A stretch of DNA of 64,000 nucleotides, taken from positions 140,127,741-140,191,740 of the forward strand of contig CM041465.1 in assembly GCA_023213395.1 (NCBI GenBank). Reading direction: 5' to 3'. How positions within the stretch are numbered: position 1 is the stretch's first letter; every line of letters begins with the position of its first letter. Made by a program: the position numbers and the translations under genes. This DNA comes from Cycas panzhihuaensis (Eukaryota; Plantae; Cycadophyta). This document shows positions 26,922-39,749 of the stretch, in pieces. The notes beneath the pieces were generated by a model. The model made no database searches and had not been told where the DNA came from. It saw only the letters and a list, made by a program, of their open reading frames with translations.

Positions 26922-29187
26922 TTGTATTAAAAACTTTAGTATATAAAAAAAAATGCTTTTACTAAGTAAACTTTTTATACTTCTTAATCAAAATATGTGC
27001 CTTTAGAAGATATCAAAGAACTCAATAAATCAATAAACTTATAATTTTAAATATACTCTTTGAAAGAACTATGTAAGTAATCACAATGCCTTTCAAAAAA
27101 TAAAAGATACCTTCAGAAAATAAATCAAGTAGATGTAACTTTTATAAGTGCAATAAGGAAATAATTTTTTTAATAATGATAAATGGAAAAAATACTTTCA
27201 ATAAGTGTATGCCTTTAAAATAAACTTTGAAATATGCTTTTTAGATATACTTTTGAATACAATTAATATAAGAGTAAATTTTGCATGTAACTAATATCTT
27301 TTTAACTATGCAAATCTGAAATAAGACTTTTGATGATGAAAAAATAAAGAATCCTTAAGTTTTTTATTTTTAAATAAATAATTATAAATTTGACCAAAGA
27401 ATGACTTTCTTTCAATGCATGAAATCTTTTATCTTGATGAAGATATATAATGCTAAAAATATGAAATATATATAAGTATATATTCACTTTGAAAGATAAC
27501 AAATATGAAGAAGAAACTTTAAATAAAATGAATTGTACCTATTTTTTGTTACCAGTCCACTTGGCTTGTCACTTACTTTGTGATCAATTTCTACTATAAA
27601 TTAGATTAAAAGGAAGCTATATGAAAGTCAAATAGAAGCCTCAAATATATATTATAAGTGATTAATAAGAAATGAAATAAAGAACTCCTTGAAAATGTTT
27701 TAGAAGACAAGCATGTTCAAATATCTTAAATTCTCAAGTTGGGCAGCTTCAAATCTATACTAAATAGTGTCAAAATAAGGTGAGATTACACCAATTTGAA
27801 GATCAATAAAATATCTAATCAATGAAACTAACTGTTTTGACAACGGATTTCTACAAGTTAATATTTTAATATACCAAAAATGTAGTCCTCCTTTTGAGGC
27901 TTAACGGGAGCTTGGGGCTCAAAATATTATGAAATGCTAGTAAAAATCTTATAGAACAATGTAAATTAATCAAATATAGTGTAGAGAGCTTCTTAATATA
28001 TTTTTTAGTTGAAAAAACTTGAGAAATAATATATAAAAAATATGTAATAATGGTAAATTGAGAACTATTTTATACCTTAAGTTTGAGGGCTTAGAGCACC
28101 TATAAAATAGACTTAAAATGTAATAAAACCAACTTAAATATATAGATCTCTAAAATAGATTTCACCAAAATCAGATGGTACTCAATTCTGAGTTATGAAT
28201 CTCAAGATATTAAAGAAATTGTAAAAGTATCCTACTAAGGTTAAGAGAATAGGGAGCAAAAACAAGGTCAATTTGACCTACTCAAACCTGCAAAATATTG
28301 AGTCAAATCAATAAAAAAATACCTTCAGGAAGTAGTTCTCTAAATTAAAATTCTAACGAATCTTACGGTTTTGAAATCTGATTTCTGGTTAAGGAGATAC
28401 AGTTGAAAATGTAAGTAGTACATTTTATGTAAATATGGTAAAAAATACTAAAGTGTCACTTTCACCAATTAAAATAATGATTAAAATAAATACTAAAAAA
28501 TAAAACAAGTAAATAGTGATAAAGTTTTCTGAAAATAAATTATTGCTGAGTAGATCTGAGTAGAAAATAATCTTTTAGTGATAAAATATAACTTAATAAA
28601 AAAGTAATTTTGTGAAAATAATTTAAAACAGCTTTTAAAATTAATGATTGACTTTAAACTGATTAAAGCAGGTTAAATTAGCTCTGAATATGGCATATGA
28701 CTAGTCAAAATTATACCTTAGAAAATTTTAAACTCAATGGCATAGGCTTTATCAGAAATCGATAACCCAATCAAGAGATATGGAAAAAATTAGCTAAGTA
28801 CCCAATGTTTTAATAAAAAATAAAAGAAAAAGAAAAAGAAAAATGTTATAAGACTTATGTTGGCCCCTTTCAAAATGGGCTAAATGTTACATGGGATAAT
28901 AAATCTTTCAAATACTAAATCTTACAAATATAATGAAGAAGATATATCAAAAAACCAAAAAACATATATGTTTATATTTAAAAAAATAGGAAGAACCTAG
29001 TAATGCAATTATGACAGATTTGCAGAAGATGGATTTTAGAGCATGAAAACTTCTTCCACAATGCTCGAAACTTCAAACAGATTATTTTAGTAGATAGATC
29101 TACTCTTGTATAACTTCTCCAAGAAACTTATTAGGCTGAATACACACTAAATCTTGTACATATCTGAACAAAAATATTGAATGAATG

Positions 29188-29896
29188 GACAAAAATATAC
29201 CTAAAATGGTTAAATATTTAACAAAATATGCAGATCTAGAGAAACTATTGCATATATCTAGAGAAAATATTAAAAAAATGTACCAAATATGCCAAAAATA
29301 GTCAAATATTTAACAAAATATGCAAATTTAGAGAAAATATTATATAGATCTGGAGAAAAACTTACATAAATAGACCAAATATACCAAAAATTATCAGATA
29401 TTTAACAAAATATGTAGATCTGGAGAAAATATTGCATAGATCTAGAGAAAATTTTGAATAAATAGACCAAATATACAAAAGATGATCAAATATTTAATAA
29501 AATATGCAGATTTGGAGAAAATATTATATAGATATGAAGAAAATATTTTAAAAATAGACCAAATATACAAAAAATGGTAAGATATTTAACAAAATATGTA
29601 TATTTGGAGAAAATATTGCATAGATATAGAGAAAATCTTGAATAAATAGACCAAATATACTAAAAAATGGTCAAATATTAATCAAAATATACAGATTTGA
29701 AGAAAATATTGTATAAATATGAGAAAATATTGAATATATAGATAAAATAAACTAGAAATTGCCAAGTATTTGATAAAATATATAGATCTTATTGATAAAA
29801 CTTTGTTAAGTAATGAAATCTTTGAATATTTACTGATTACAGCTGTGAACCTACACAGATTTATAAAAAATATTAAATAAATAGATAAAATATGCT
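29188..29896. repeat. 92-bp minisatellite (about 6 units plus longer variants) in the leader of D, continuing at 35281-35400
   Basis: The GACCAAATATAC motif (with variants) recurs at 29281, 29373, 29465, 29557, 29649 and 29741; units contain AGATCT-type subrepeats. Confidence 0.9.
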
Positions 29897-31139
29897 AGAA
29901 ATATTGGAGTTAATCGTCATCACTCCACTCCCACCTTCCAACCAGAATTGCACACCGCATCAACCTCATTTTACATATGTGGGTGTTCAACATGCGTAGC
30001 TAAGTTAAGGTAATATTTGATTTGATTTAAATTAATTTGAGTTAGTTTCATTTGAGTTAAGTTAGCATTATTTTATTGTTAATTTAAATTTCAAGAGTTG
30101 AGGAGTTTCCCTTCTCCTCCAAAATTATAAATATTAAGGGGTATGCGACCCTAGTGTCTTTAGATACTGCCCTCGTTTGGGAAATTTGTAATGCTCACTT
30201 CTCACAATGGATTGAATATAGAAGTTTCATGTATTTATGATACAACAATGTATTGATCTATTGATCTATTGAAGTTTATTCTATGTTCTTCCATGTTCTC
30301 CTATAATATTTTTCCTACATTTGGTATCAGAGCAGTCGATTACTGGCCTATCGAAATTTTTTTAAAGAAGCAAGAAGATTTTGAGGCAGATTTACTCTCA
30401 AGGAAGCAAATATTGGTTACATTTATCTTCTACAAGTTTTTTCAGCAAGTTTCTCATATTATTTCATCACAATTTTCTTATTATTGAGTCATATTTTAAA
30501 AAATAACAAAGATATTTTAGATTTTCCAAAGATTTGTGCAGATTTATAAAGGATTTCAACTATAAACTACATTTTTTTAAAGATTTGTGAAGGAGATCAA
30601 TAGTAAGCTATACATTATTTAAGTTTTTCTTTATATTTGTGATATATTTTCTCATATCTATATATTTTTATCAAATATTTAGCATCTTTTAAGCATATTT
30701 TTGTCTATTTATCTAGTACTTTTTACATATCTATAAAGGATATCAACTGCATACAAAAGTTATCAAAGTTTCTCTTCAAGATCTGCAACTTTTACTTCAG
30801 ATCTACTATATTTCACTTTAGATCTATTTATTTCAAAAGTTATTTCGACATTTTTTAGTATATTTGTTTCAGATCTGCAACATTTAGTTCAGATCTGCTA
30901 TATTTCATTTCAGATCTGTATTTTTTCATCACATATTTGACTATATTTTTAAGTTTTTTTACAGATCTACAAATTTTTTTGGGGAATATTCAACCATCTG
31001 AAGAAGTTATACTATAGATCTCATTGCTACAAATCAGCTACAACTATGTTTACCAGGTTCCTCATACATTTTTTTTCAAATTTAAATACATTTTTCTGAT
31101 ATATCTGCTTCATATATTTGAAAAGATCTCAAATACATA

Positions 31140-32655
31140 TACATGCATTTCATTTGCTTGATTTATTTTTTGGTCAAAATATTTAAAATCTTCTGGTTCA
31201 TTTGTGCTCCACTAAATCAATAAGAAAAAAATAATAATATTTTTTTATATTTTATTTGTACAAATATATGATTGTTTGAAATATTACATCATTTACAAAA
31301 AGGGGAATACAACAATTTGTTGCATGTAAATATAGAGTATACAAGGCTTTATATCATAAAACATAGCATGCATAATACTTTTTTATAATATAAAATTTGT
31401 AATGCACTAATTACACAATTGGAGGGTCATGCAACAAGAGCTAAAAGGGACCCAATTTTTTTTTGCTGCCAAGAGAAGAGTAGCCTGCAGTGTATTTTTT
31501 TTGTCTTTAGGTTGTAAGCATTGTCCTTCATTTTGAATCTCTCTCTTAAGAACCTGCTGCAGAAGTATTTATATCAAAACCAACTATTGAAGTTGTTACA
31601 TTTGCATTTTGTTCATCTTGAAATTCCCAAGTGAATAAATATTTGTCACTGTTAATAACACAATACTTGCACAATATTCTAACAAGAGGCCTATTTTATG
31701 TGTCCAAGCAAACTAGCTTCTCGAAATCTGAGTACTTTTTCATTACCTGCAACCTTTTACATACTTTCTTTAGTCCCTTTGCATGCAAAGGCCTACTTTT
31801 TTTGCTTCATATCTGAAGTTACAAACACTTACTTTTGGGTTTCCACCACGTCCTCTTATAATTGAAAGCCTCTAGAATCAATAGTCATTACTTATCAGTC
31901 CTCTATTGTTAACAATCTTAAAACAAATAAAGAGATATGTTTACTATGTTAAATTAGAGCCACAAAAAGTAGACAATATTCAGATATTGAACCTTACAAC
32001 ATTTCCTATCACATCTAAAAGGCAAAGAATAACCAAATATATCCTAAAAGGGTCCTACCATAGGTCACTTAGAGGATTCCATTGAGACAAGACAAAATGG
32101 GGTAAAACAGTGGGAACAAAAGCCTCGCAACATATTATCACAGTCACAACCAGAACACAACCTAAAATCCCCTTAGCAACTGCCATGTAAACACTACCCT
32201 AAGAGCCTCCAATGTGACTCCACTAATCGTTACAAATAATCCTAATCACCTCGAAACTGGTATTGATCAATCCACATGCTCTAATCAGGTTGCCCGTCAT
32301 CCTCCTTCTCTGCGTGACAGCAGCCTGCACATTCATTCTAGAATGATTCTAGCCCAGAGCTTTCACGGTACAGCCACATCGACTCAACAATTTATAATCC
32401 ATGATGGTTCGTATGTAAGCGTGGCTACGTACGTCTACATAGGGTGCGACGTGATAGCCAAAGGGTGCGATGGCGTGACAACCAAGGGCATGGTGGGAAT
32501 CTTTCATTTTATTTTTATTTTTATTTTTTTTATTGTTATAAAGTTTATAAAATTTAATTACATTATATAAATTTTAGAATCCGTTTTTTAAAAAATACCT
32601 AGCCCCTTAAGACTTAGCTTCCAGTCACGAGACCCTTTCACGTGACTATAACTTA
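31140..32655. other. About 1.5-kb insertion in E that is absent from sister element D
   Basis: D and E internal regions align on both sides (E 31000-31130 and 32660-32800 versus D ~28740-29060), but D has only about 50 bp between the anchors. Confidence 0.75.
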
Positions 32656-34106
32656 TCACAAAATGGGCTAACAAATGTTTACAACATTTTTTTCTTTTTC
32701 TTTTTTTCTTTTTCATTTTTATATAGGGTTACTGGCAAATTTTTGCCATAATTCCTTACTGAGTCATCAGTTTCTGACGAAACTAGTTTCATTGCATCAA
32801 AAATATTTTGTAGATTGATTTCGACTGGTCATATGACCAATTTGGACAAGATTTAACCCTGTTTCAGTCAAATTAAAGTTGATCAGTCCCTTTTTAAGCC
32901 TTTTTTAAACTTTTTACAAAATCACGTTTTGAACTGATTATATTTTATTACTGGGAAATTATTTTCTACCCAGATTTATTCTACAGTGATCTACATTCAA
33001 CAAACTTTATTACCAACTATTTATTTTAATTTTTAGAATTTATTTTGATCATTATTTTAATCGTCAAAAGTGTCACTTTAGTGGTTTTTAACATTTTTCT
33101 TAACATTTTACCATAAAGGTACCTGTTACCATTTTCATTATAACTTTTCTATTTTATATTAGAATTTAGTCTCGTTAGTTTTGTTGGGAATATGACTCAA
33201 CCCTCTTCGATCTGACATAGTTTTTTATAATATTTGAAGTGGTTTTACTAATTTTCAAATTGATCAATGTAGAGGTACTTAATTACCTCAAATCTGCTAT
33301 TTTTTACATATATTTTATATATATTTCTTAAAATAATTTCATTTAAAAATATATTAAACAATACTCTAAGATATATTTTACTATTTTATAGTATTCCATA
33401 AAGTTTTATTAGTAATTTATGCTTTTTTGAGCTCCCTGCTCCCTTTAAGCCTCAAAAAGAGGTCTATACCTTTGATTTATCAAAACTTGATTTGTAGGAA
33501 CCCATTTTCAAAACGGATAGTTCCACTAGATTCATACTTCATTAATCTATATATTGGTAAAGTTTCATGTTCTTCTAATATCATTTAGTATATTTTTGAA
33601 GCAGCCAAACTTGAGGTCATTCTCTAATCCTTCTTTTAAAAAACGTTTATTCATACTCTTTATCCTTCAAAATAAAATATACATATATTTTAGTTTTTTT
33701 AGTATTATATATTATCATCAAGGCTAAGGATTTATTACATTGAGAGTTTATATTTATTCATTTGAAAAAAATCAAAAGGTTAAAGATTATTCATTTTATT
33801 ATCAAAGTTACATTTCAGATTTGTATTACTAAAAGAATCTTTATTTCATTCAAATTTATATATATATTCATCACATTTCAAAGTTTACTCTAAAGGCATA
33901 TTTATTCAAAGGTTTTTTTATTTATCATTATTGAAAGGATCACTTCCTTATTGTGCCTAGTTGATTGACTTTCTAAAGGGCATTACATCTCCTTTAAAAA
34001 GTTCATCTGAAATTCTATATGTTCATTGGTGAATTACATTTATTTTAAAGAGTATATTTGATTTGGTAAAAGCATATATTTTATATACTAAAGTTTCTTT
34101 AATAAA

Positions 34107-34654
34107 ATGGCACAATTTCCTATATTCAATGGGCAAAATTTTTCACTTTAGCATAAGACTATGCAAAATTATTTTATTGAACATGATATTCTAAAATATT
34201 TGCAATATGAATGTGATTTTAGTATTAAAAAAAAATTAGAAAGAATAATGAAGTTTTAGGTTTATTATTTTGCACTATAAATGATAATGTTTTTTCTAGA
34301 GTTTCTAAATTAACTACTTCTAAATCTGTTTGGAATGTATTGATTTCTACTTATGGGGGAGATACCCTCAATGTATTTGATATTATTTTTTATGAGCATG
34401 TGAGACAGGTGATAGAGCAACTGAATCATAATGATAACACCCATGAAGATTCAGATCAAATGCATGACCAACTTGCTATACAAGTACCTGATCCTCTATT
34501 TGAGGGGGAGAATGAATCTTATGACATGATAGAGAATGAATCTTATGACATGATGGAGAATGAATCATATGATATGACGAAAAATGAATCCTATGATATG
34601 ATAAAGAATGAACCTAATGATATGACAGTCAAAGTTAAATTTCTAGAAGTTTAA
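34107..34654 (+). pseudogene. Element E truncated gag with acidic repeat tail
   Basis: MAQFPIFNGQNFSL*HKTMQNYFIEHDILKYLQ...VWNVLISTYGGDTLNV, then about five ENESYDMx repeats. Confidence 0.82.
34508..34627 (+). repeat. 24-bp in-frame tandem repeat x5 (ENESYDMI)
   Basis: GAGAATGAATCTTATGACATGATA units; two related units in D at ~26452-26490. Confidence 0.9.
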
Positions 34655-36001
34655 GTCAAAGTTGCAGATATTCTTTTTTATACAAATCAAGTATCATTTA
34701 CTTATAGATTTTTTATATCATTCCATGGTAAAGAGACATATGTGGCTATAAGGATGAGAAGAGTTGATAAAGATCAAGATCAGAATTTCAAAGGTTTTTT
34801 CAAATACAAGTTCCATAAGTTTAAGGAGAAGATACAAGTGTTTGTGATGACCATTAAGGAGGAGAATGTTAGAGTTAATCATCATCACTCCACTTCCACC
34901 TTCCAACCAAGATTGTACACCTCATAAACCTCATTATTACACATGTGGGTGCTCAACATGTATAGGTAAGTTAAGGTAAGATTTGATTTGATTTAAGTTA
35001 ATTTCATTTGAGTTAAGTTAGCATTATTTTATTGTTAATTTAAATTTTAGGGGTTGAGGAGTTTCCCTCCTCCCCTAAAATTATAAATATTGAGAGGTGT
35101 GCAACCCTAGTGTCTTTAGACACCACCCTCATTTGGGAAATTTATAATGCTCACTTCTCATAATGGATTGAATATAGAAGTTTTATGTGTTTATGATACA
35201 ACAATGTATTAATGTATTGATCTATTGAAGTTTATCCTATATTCTGCCCTATTCTCTTACAATATTTTTCCTACAAGAAATGGCCAAGTATTTGACAAAA
35301 ATATATAAAGCTTATTAATAAGAACTCTGTAGAGTGATGAGATCTTAAATATTTTCCAATTATAGCTGTGCTTCTGCATAGATCTGAAAAATATTTGTTA
35401 TTTCACAAGTATAAATCAAGAATAATCAGATCTTTAATGAGAAATAATACAAGAAACTACTAAAACCTTTGTAGAAGATAAATATAACTAATATTTGGCT
35501 TGATGTAAGTAGATGTGTAATAGATACTAACAGATCTTCTTGCTTTTCCAAAAAACCTTTAACATGCCAATAATCTATGCTCTAATACCAAATGATGGAA
35601 TATAAACAATGATGGAGACATGGCAGAGCATAATCACATAATCAATACATTATTGCATAAACACATAAATTTTTTCTATTCAATCCATAATGAATGAGTA
35701 CATAGCAAATCTCCAAATGTAGGCAGTGTTTAAAGACACTAGGATTGCACACCCCTCCAAATATATAATTTAGAGGAGGAGAGAAACTCCTCAACCCCTA
35801 GAATTCAAATAATAATAAAATATTACATAACTTAACTTAAATTAACTTAACTTTACCTTACGCTTACCTTTACATGTAAGCACCCACATGTGTAAATTGG
35901 TGGGAGTGGGGTGTACACTCCTGGGTGAAAGATGGGAGTGGCATATGCACTCCTGGGTAAAAGGTGGGAGTGGGGTGATGATCATTAACCCCAACAAATA
36001 G

Positions 36002-38076
36002 GTCACCATCACTTACAATAAACAGCAATATTCATGAAGAGGTATGGATTGGACATCCATGTGATTATTTAAATTTAAAAGTTTTTTTGTTGTGATGCTT
36101 ACGCCTTTACTGATAAAAGTCAACGTTCAAAGTTAGACCCAAAATCTAAGAGATGTATCTTTGTTGGTTATGGTGATAGAGATGGTGTGAAGGGATACAA
36201 GTTGTGGGATCCTACTACCCACAAAATCACTATTAATAGAGGTGTTATATTTGATGAATCTCTTTTTGTAATATTAGATAATATAGAAGTTGAAGTGAAA
36301 TAGGAGTAGAAAGTTAGATATCAACAGGTCAAGCTTGAGACCCAACCATCTTTGGAAACAAAAGAGCAAGAAGATCTTTCTGAAGATGAATATACAATAG
36401 ATTTATAGGAGTATGTGGATACTCCTCTACTAACTATTAAAAGATCTACATGAGTTAGTCATCCACCTAATAGGTACAACCCTTATATTTTTATTGCTTT
36501 GGTTTCTAATGATGGTGAGCCTACATGCTATCAGGAAGTAGTAGATGATATCCATAGTGAGAAGTAGAAAAGGGCTATGCAGGAAGAGATAAATGCTTTG
36601 AAGAAAAATAATTCATAGGATTTATTAGAACTTCCATATGGCAGGAAGACTGTTATTTACAAGTAGGTTTCTAAGAAGAAAACATATGTTGATAGAAAGG
36701 TTGACAAATACAGGGCAAGACTAGTGGCTAAAGGCTTTGCACAGAAAGTAGGTATTGAATTTCATGAGATTTTTTCACCAATTGTCAAATTGATTTCAAT
36801 TCAAATTCTGTTAGCATTGGAAGCTTATCTTAATTTGGTGTTGGAGCAGTTATATATAAAAATAACTTTTCTACATGGAGATTTAGATGAGGAGATCTAT
36901 ATGGATCAACTAGAAGGGTTTGTATAAGATAGCAGGAGAAAACTTATTTGTAGGCTCAAGAAATCATTGTATGACCCAAATCAATCACCTAGGCAATGGT
37001 ATAAGAAGTTTGATGCCTTCATGGAGAGCCATTTTTTTAAAAGAAGTGAATATGATCATTGTATTTACTTTAAATTCTTAGACAATGGCTTATTCATTAT
37101 CTTGGTATTGTATGTTGATGACATTCTGGTTGCAAGCAAGAGCATGGTAGAATTCAATACGTTAAAGGCTTAATTGGCTAGGACTTTTTATATGAACGAT
37201 CTAGGAGGTATAAAATAAATCTTACATATGGAGATACATAGAGATAGGAAAAATGGTAAGCTATGGTTATCATAATAGAAATATATAGAGAAGGTGCTAA
37301 CCAAGTTTGGTATGGTAAATGTAAAACTATTGAGTATCCTATTAGCTTCCCATTTCAAGCTTTCTTTGAGTATAAGTCTTAATAATGAAGAAGAGAATGA
37401 TTATATGTCTCATGTACCTTATGCCAATGCAGTAGGAAGTTTGATATATGCCATGGTATGTACAAGATCTAATATTTCATATGCAGTTGGTGTCGTTAGC
37501 AGGTTTATGGCAAATCTATGAAAGGAACATTGGGTAGCAGTGAAATAGGTGTTGCGGTATTTGAGAGGCACAAGTGACTATTGTATTACCTTTGGAGGTA
37601 TAGGTAATCAAGTTTATGGATATGTTGATTTAGACTTTGCATGAGATTTAGATAAGAGAATGTCTACTTTAGATTATGTATTTACTCTTGCAAATGGTCT
37701 AGTTAATTGGATGTCAAAATTACAGAGCACAATTACATTATTGACTACAAATATTGAATATGTTGCTACAGCACATGCTTGTAAAGAAGTAATTTGGTTG
37801 CAGGGTCTATTAGTTGAGCTTAGAAGGAAACAAGAAAAGGTAAAGGTATTTTGTGATAGTCAAAGTTTCATTAACTTAGCAAAGAATCTAGCTTATCATA
37901 GTAGGATAAAATATATTACTCTTAAGTACCATTTTGTTAAATAGGTTGTGGAAGTAGGTGGAGTGGCACTTGAGAAGGTTAGCACAAAATAGAATTATGC
38001 TGATATATTCATAAAACCAGTACTATTAGAGAAGTTCAAATAGTATTTGACTTCTCTTATCTTACAAAAAAGGTAA
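36002..38076 (+). pseudogene. Element C integrase end, RT and RNase H
   Basis: YLVN|RSPS rejoined across TSD AATAG; RARLVAKGFAQ; LVLYVDDILVA; VPYANAVGSLIYAMVCTR; VFCDSQSFINLAKN. Confidence 0.92.
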
Positions 38077-38124
38077 TGAATGGTCTAGGAAAGGTATCAG
38101 GTAAATTGTTGTCAAGGTGGTAAT

Positions 38125-38787
38125 TGTTAGATAATGTGAGAACAATGTTTTAGAGGCTAAAATTTTGACAAGTTGGCAGTGCAATTTTCCTCCCAAACTT
38201 CCTTAGGGGGTTCCAAGGAGGGTGGGATCTCCCCTTGGCTGGGGGGTGTAGGGGGTTCCAGAACCAACCCCTCCCCCATCCCCGTGTAAAGAGGGGGTTC
38301 AAGGGTGATAGCCCCCAACCCAAAAAACTAGCACTAAAAAGCATACTAAATTGTAAAGAGAATCGGGATCGTTCACTCAAAATACCCTAGATTCTATGGT
38401 CAAGATTTTTGCCTTGTATAACTCTCTCATATAGCCTGATTTAGGGTGTTTTTCATGTTGTTAATGGTGTTCGATATACTATGAAGAGTTGAGCGATTGG
38501 TTGTTGTTGCTATGAGCATTTTGCTATAGATTATGTACATTTCTTCATTCTTTGATAATAAAGATCGATACCTTTCCTGTGTGGATATTTTCTTAGCACA
38601 CTGCTAGGGTTTTACCACATTATATCGAGTGTATATGTGATGCTTTAGATTTCTAATTCATTTTATTATATTATCTCTAGTTTAAGAACTTACATGCTAA
38701 ATTTTAGTTTTGATTCCTACAACTAGTTACAAAATAGTTTAAATCTTGGTGGTGATTTCAGGTTATTGGGACCTTATCTTCTCAACA
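38125..38787 (+). repeat. Element C 3' LTR
   Basis: Direct repeat of 23220-23876; TG...CA ends. Confidence 0.95.
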
Positions 38788-38792
38788 CAAAT

Positions 38793-39390
38793 ATCATGTA
38801 TACAATCAATATGGTTTCTAAATTCATGCATGAGCCTAAGATAAAACATTAGCAAGTAACTAAGAGAATTCTCAAGTATCTAAAAGGTATAGTTGGATAT
38901 GGATTACACTGCAGGTCATTAAGGGACTATAGATTGGTTAGATATATAGACTTAAATTAGGTAAGTTATATAGATGATAGGAAATCTACCTCTAGTTATA
39001 CATTTAGTTTGGTTTCAAATGTTGTTATATGGAGTTTCAAGAAATATACTACTATATCTCTATCTATTATAAAAGTAGAATATAAGTAGATGTAGTAGGA
39101 TCATGTGAAATAGTTATCTTATAAGGTTGCTACATGATTTGCAAGAGGAAAAGGTTAGTCCCACTCAGTTACTTTTTTATAACTAAATCACAATTCAAAT
39201 GACTCAAAATCTAATGTTTTATGATAGGATAAATCACATTGAAACATATCATTACTTTATGAAAAAACTAGTACAACAATGAGAGCTTGAATTAGTTTAT
39301 TGTAGCATAGAAAAATATGTGGCAGATATATTCATAAAGGCACTTAGCAAGATAAAGTTTATCAAATTTAGAGATAAACTTGGAATCTCC
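38793..39390 (+). pseudogene. Element B RT end and RNase H
   Basis: Rejoins across TSD CAAAT as LTLTQPN|IMYTINMVSKFMHEP...DDRKSTSSY...VADIFIKAL. Confidence 0.88.
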
Positions 39391-39416
39391 CTAAATGGGT
39401 ATTATGGGGGGAGAAA

Positions 39417-39744
39417 TATTAGAATAATACCCATATTAGGGCTCGTATCTACCTTGGGTTGGTTACCCATGCTAGGGTGATAAGCTAAGATTGACAAAGA
39501 TATCATGATGGCTCTATGTCAAATCCTGGCTACACTTAGTTGTACTTTGTCAGATCTTGGTGGCATCCTTTCTAGCATTTATCAACTCTAGTCAATGGTG
39601 GACATTGAGTGGTGTGACACATACTATCTATCTATTCATGGGGTCCAAAGACCTTAGTGTTCATCAACACCACCACTCTTATGTGTTGGTGGTTAACTCA
39701 TTAATGCATTCTCATTTTGTTCCCTTTGTCCCTTGATTCTATCA
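39417..39744 (+). repeat. Element B 3' LTR
   Basis: Direct repeat of 17018-17356, preceded by PPT and followed by TSD. Confidence 0.93.
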
Positions 39745-39749
39745 GCTAC

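Larger units (their letters stand above)
29902..35275 (+). mobile_element. Element E: non-autonomous gag-only relative of D, inserted antisense into D; TSD AGAAA
   Basis: LTRs 29902-30319 and 34867-35275, similar to the reverse complement of D LTRs; TSD AGAAA at 29897-29901 and 35276-35280; perfect iMet PBS TGGTATCAGAGC 30322-30333; PPT AAGGAGGAGAA 34856-34866. Confidence 0.95.
25791..35996 (-). mobile_element. Element D: non-autonomous gag-only (TR-GAG/LARD-like) LTR element inserted in the integrase of C; TSD AATAG
   Basis: LTRs 25791-26177 (3') and 35593-35996 (5'); TSD AATAG at 25786-25790 and 35997-36001; PBS TGGTATTAGAGC (35579-35590, minus); PPT AAGGGGGAGAA (26178-26188, minus); no pol motifs. 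Confidence 0.94.
23220..38787 (+). mobile_element. Element C: full-length decayed Tork/Tnt1-like Copia inserted in the RT of B; TSD CAAAT
   Basis: LTRs TGTTAGA...CTCAACA at 23220-23876 and 38125-38787; TSD CAAAT at 23215-23219 and 38788-38792; iMet PBS TGGTATCAAAGC 23879-23890; PPT AAGGTGGTAAT. Confidence 0.96.
17018..39744 (+). mobile_element. Element B: full-length decayed Ty1/Copia inserted in the integrase of A; TSD GCTAC
   Basis: LTRs 17018-17356 and 39417-39744; TSD GCTAC at 17013-17017 and 39745-39749; PBS-like AGGTATCA at 17359; PPT GGGGGGAGAAA 39406-39416; ~2.3-kb leader. Confidence 0.95.

Noticed and set aside
29188-29896. CRISPR-like regular repeats (also 59120-59320)
   Set aside because: No unique spacers and no cas genes; ordinary eukaryotic minisatellites.
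32214-32570. 118-aa plus-strand ORF in the E cargo
   Set aside because: GTG start, low-complexity F/I tail from a T-rich tract, no domain; the gene-like signals point to the minus strand.
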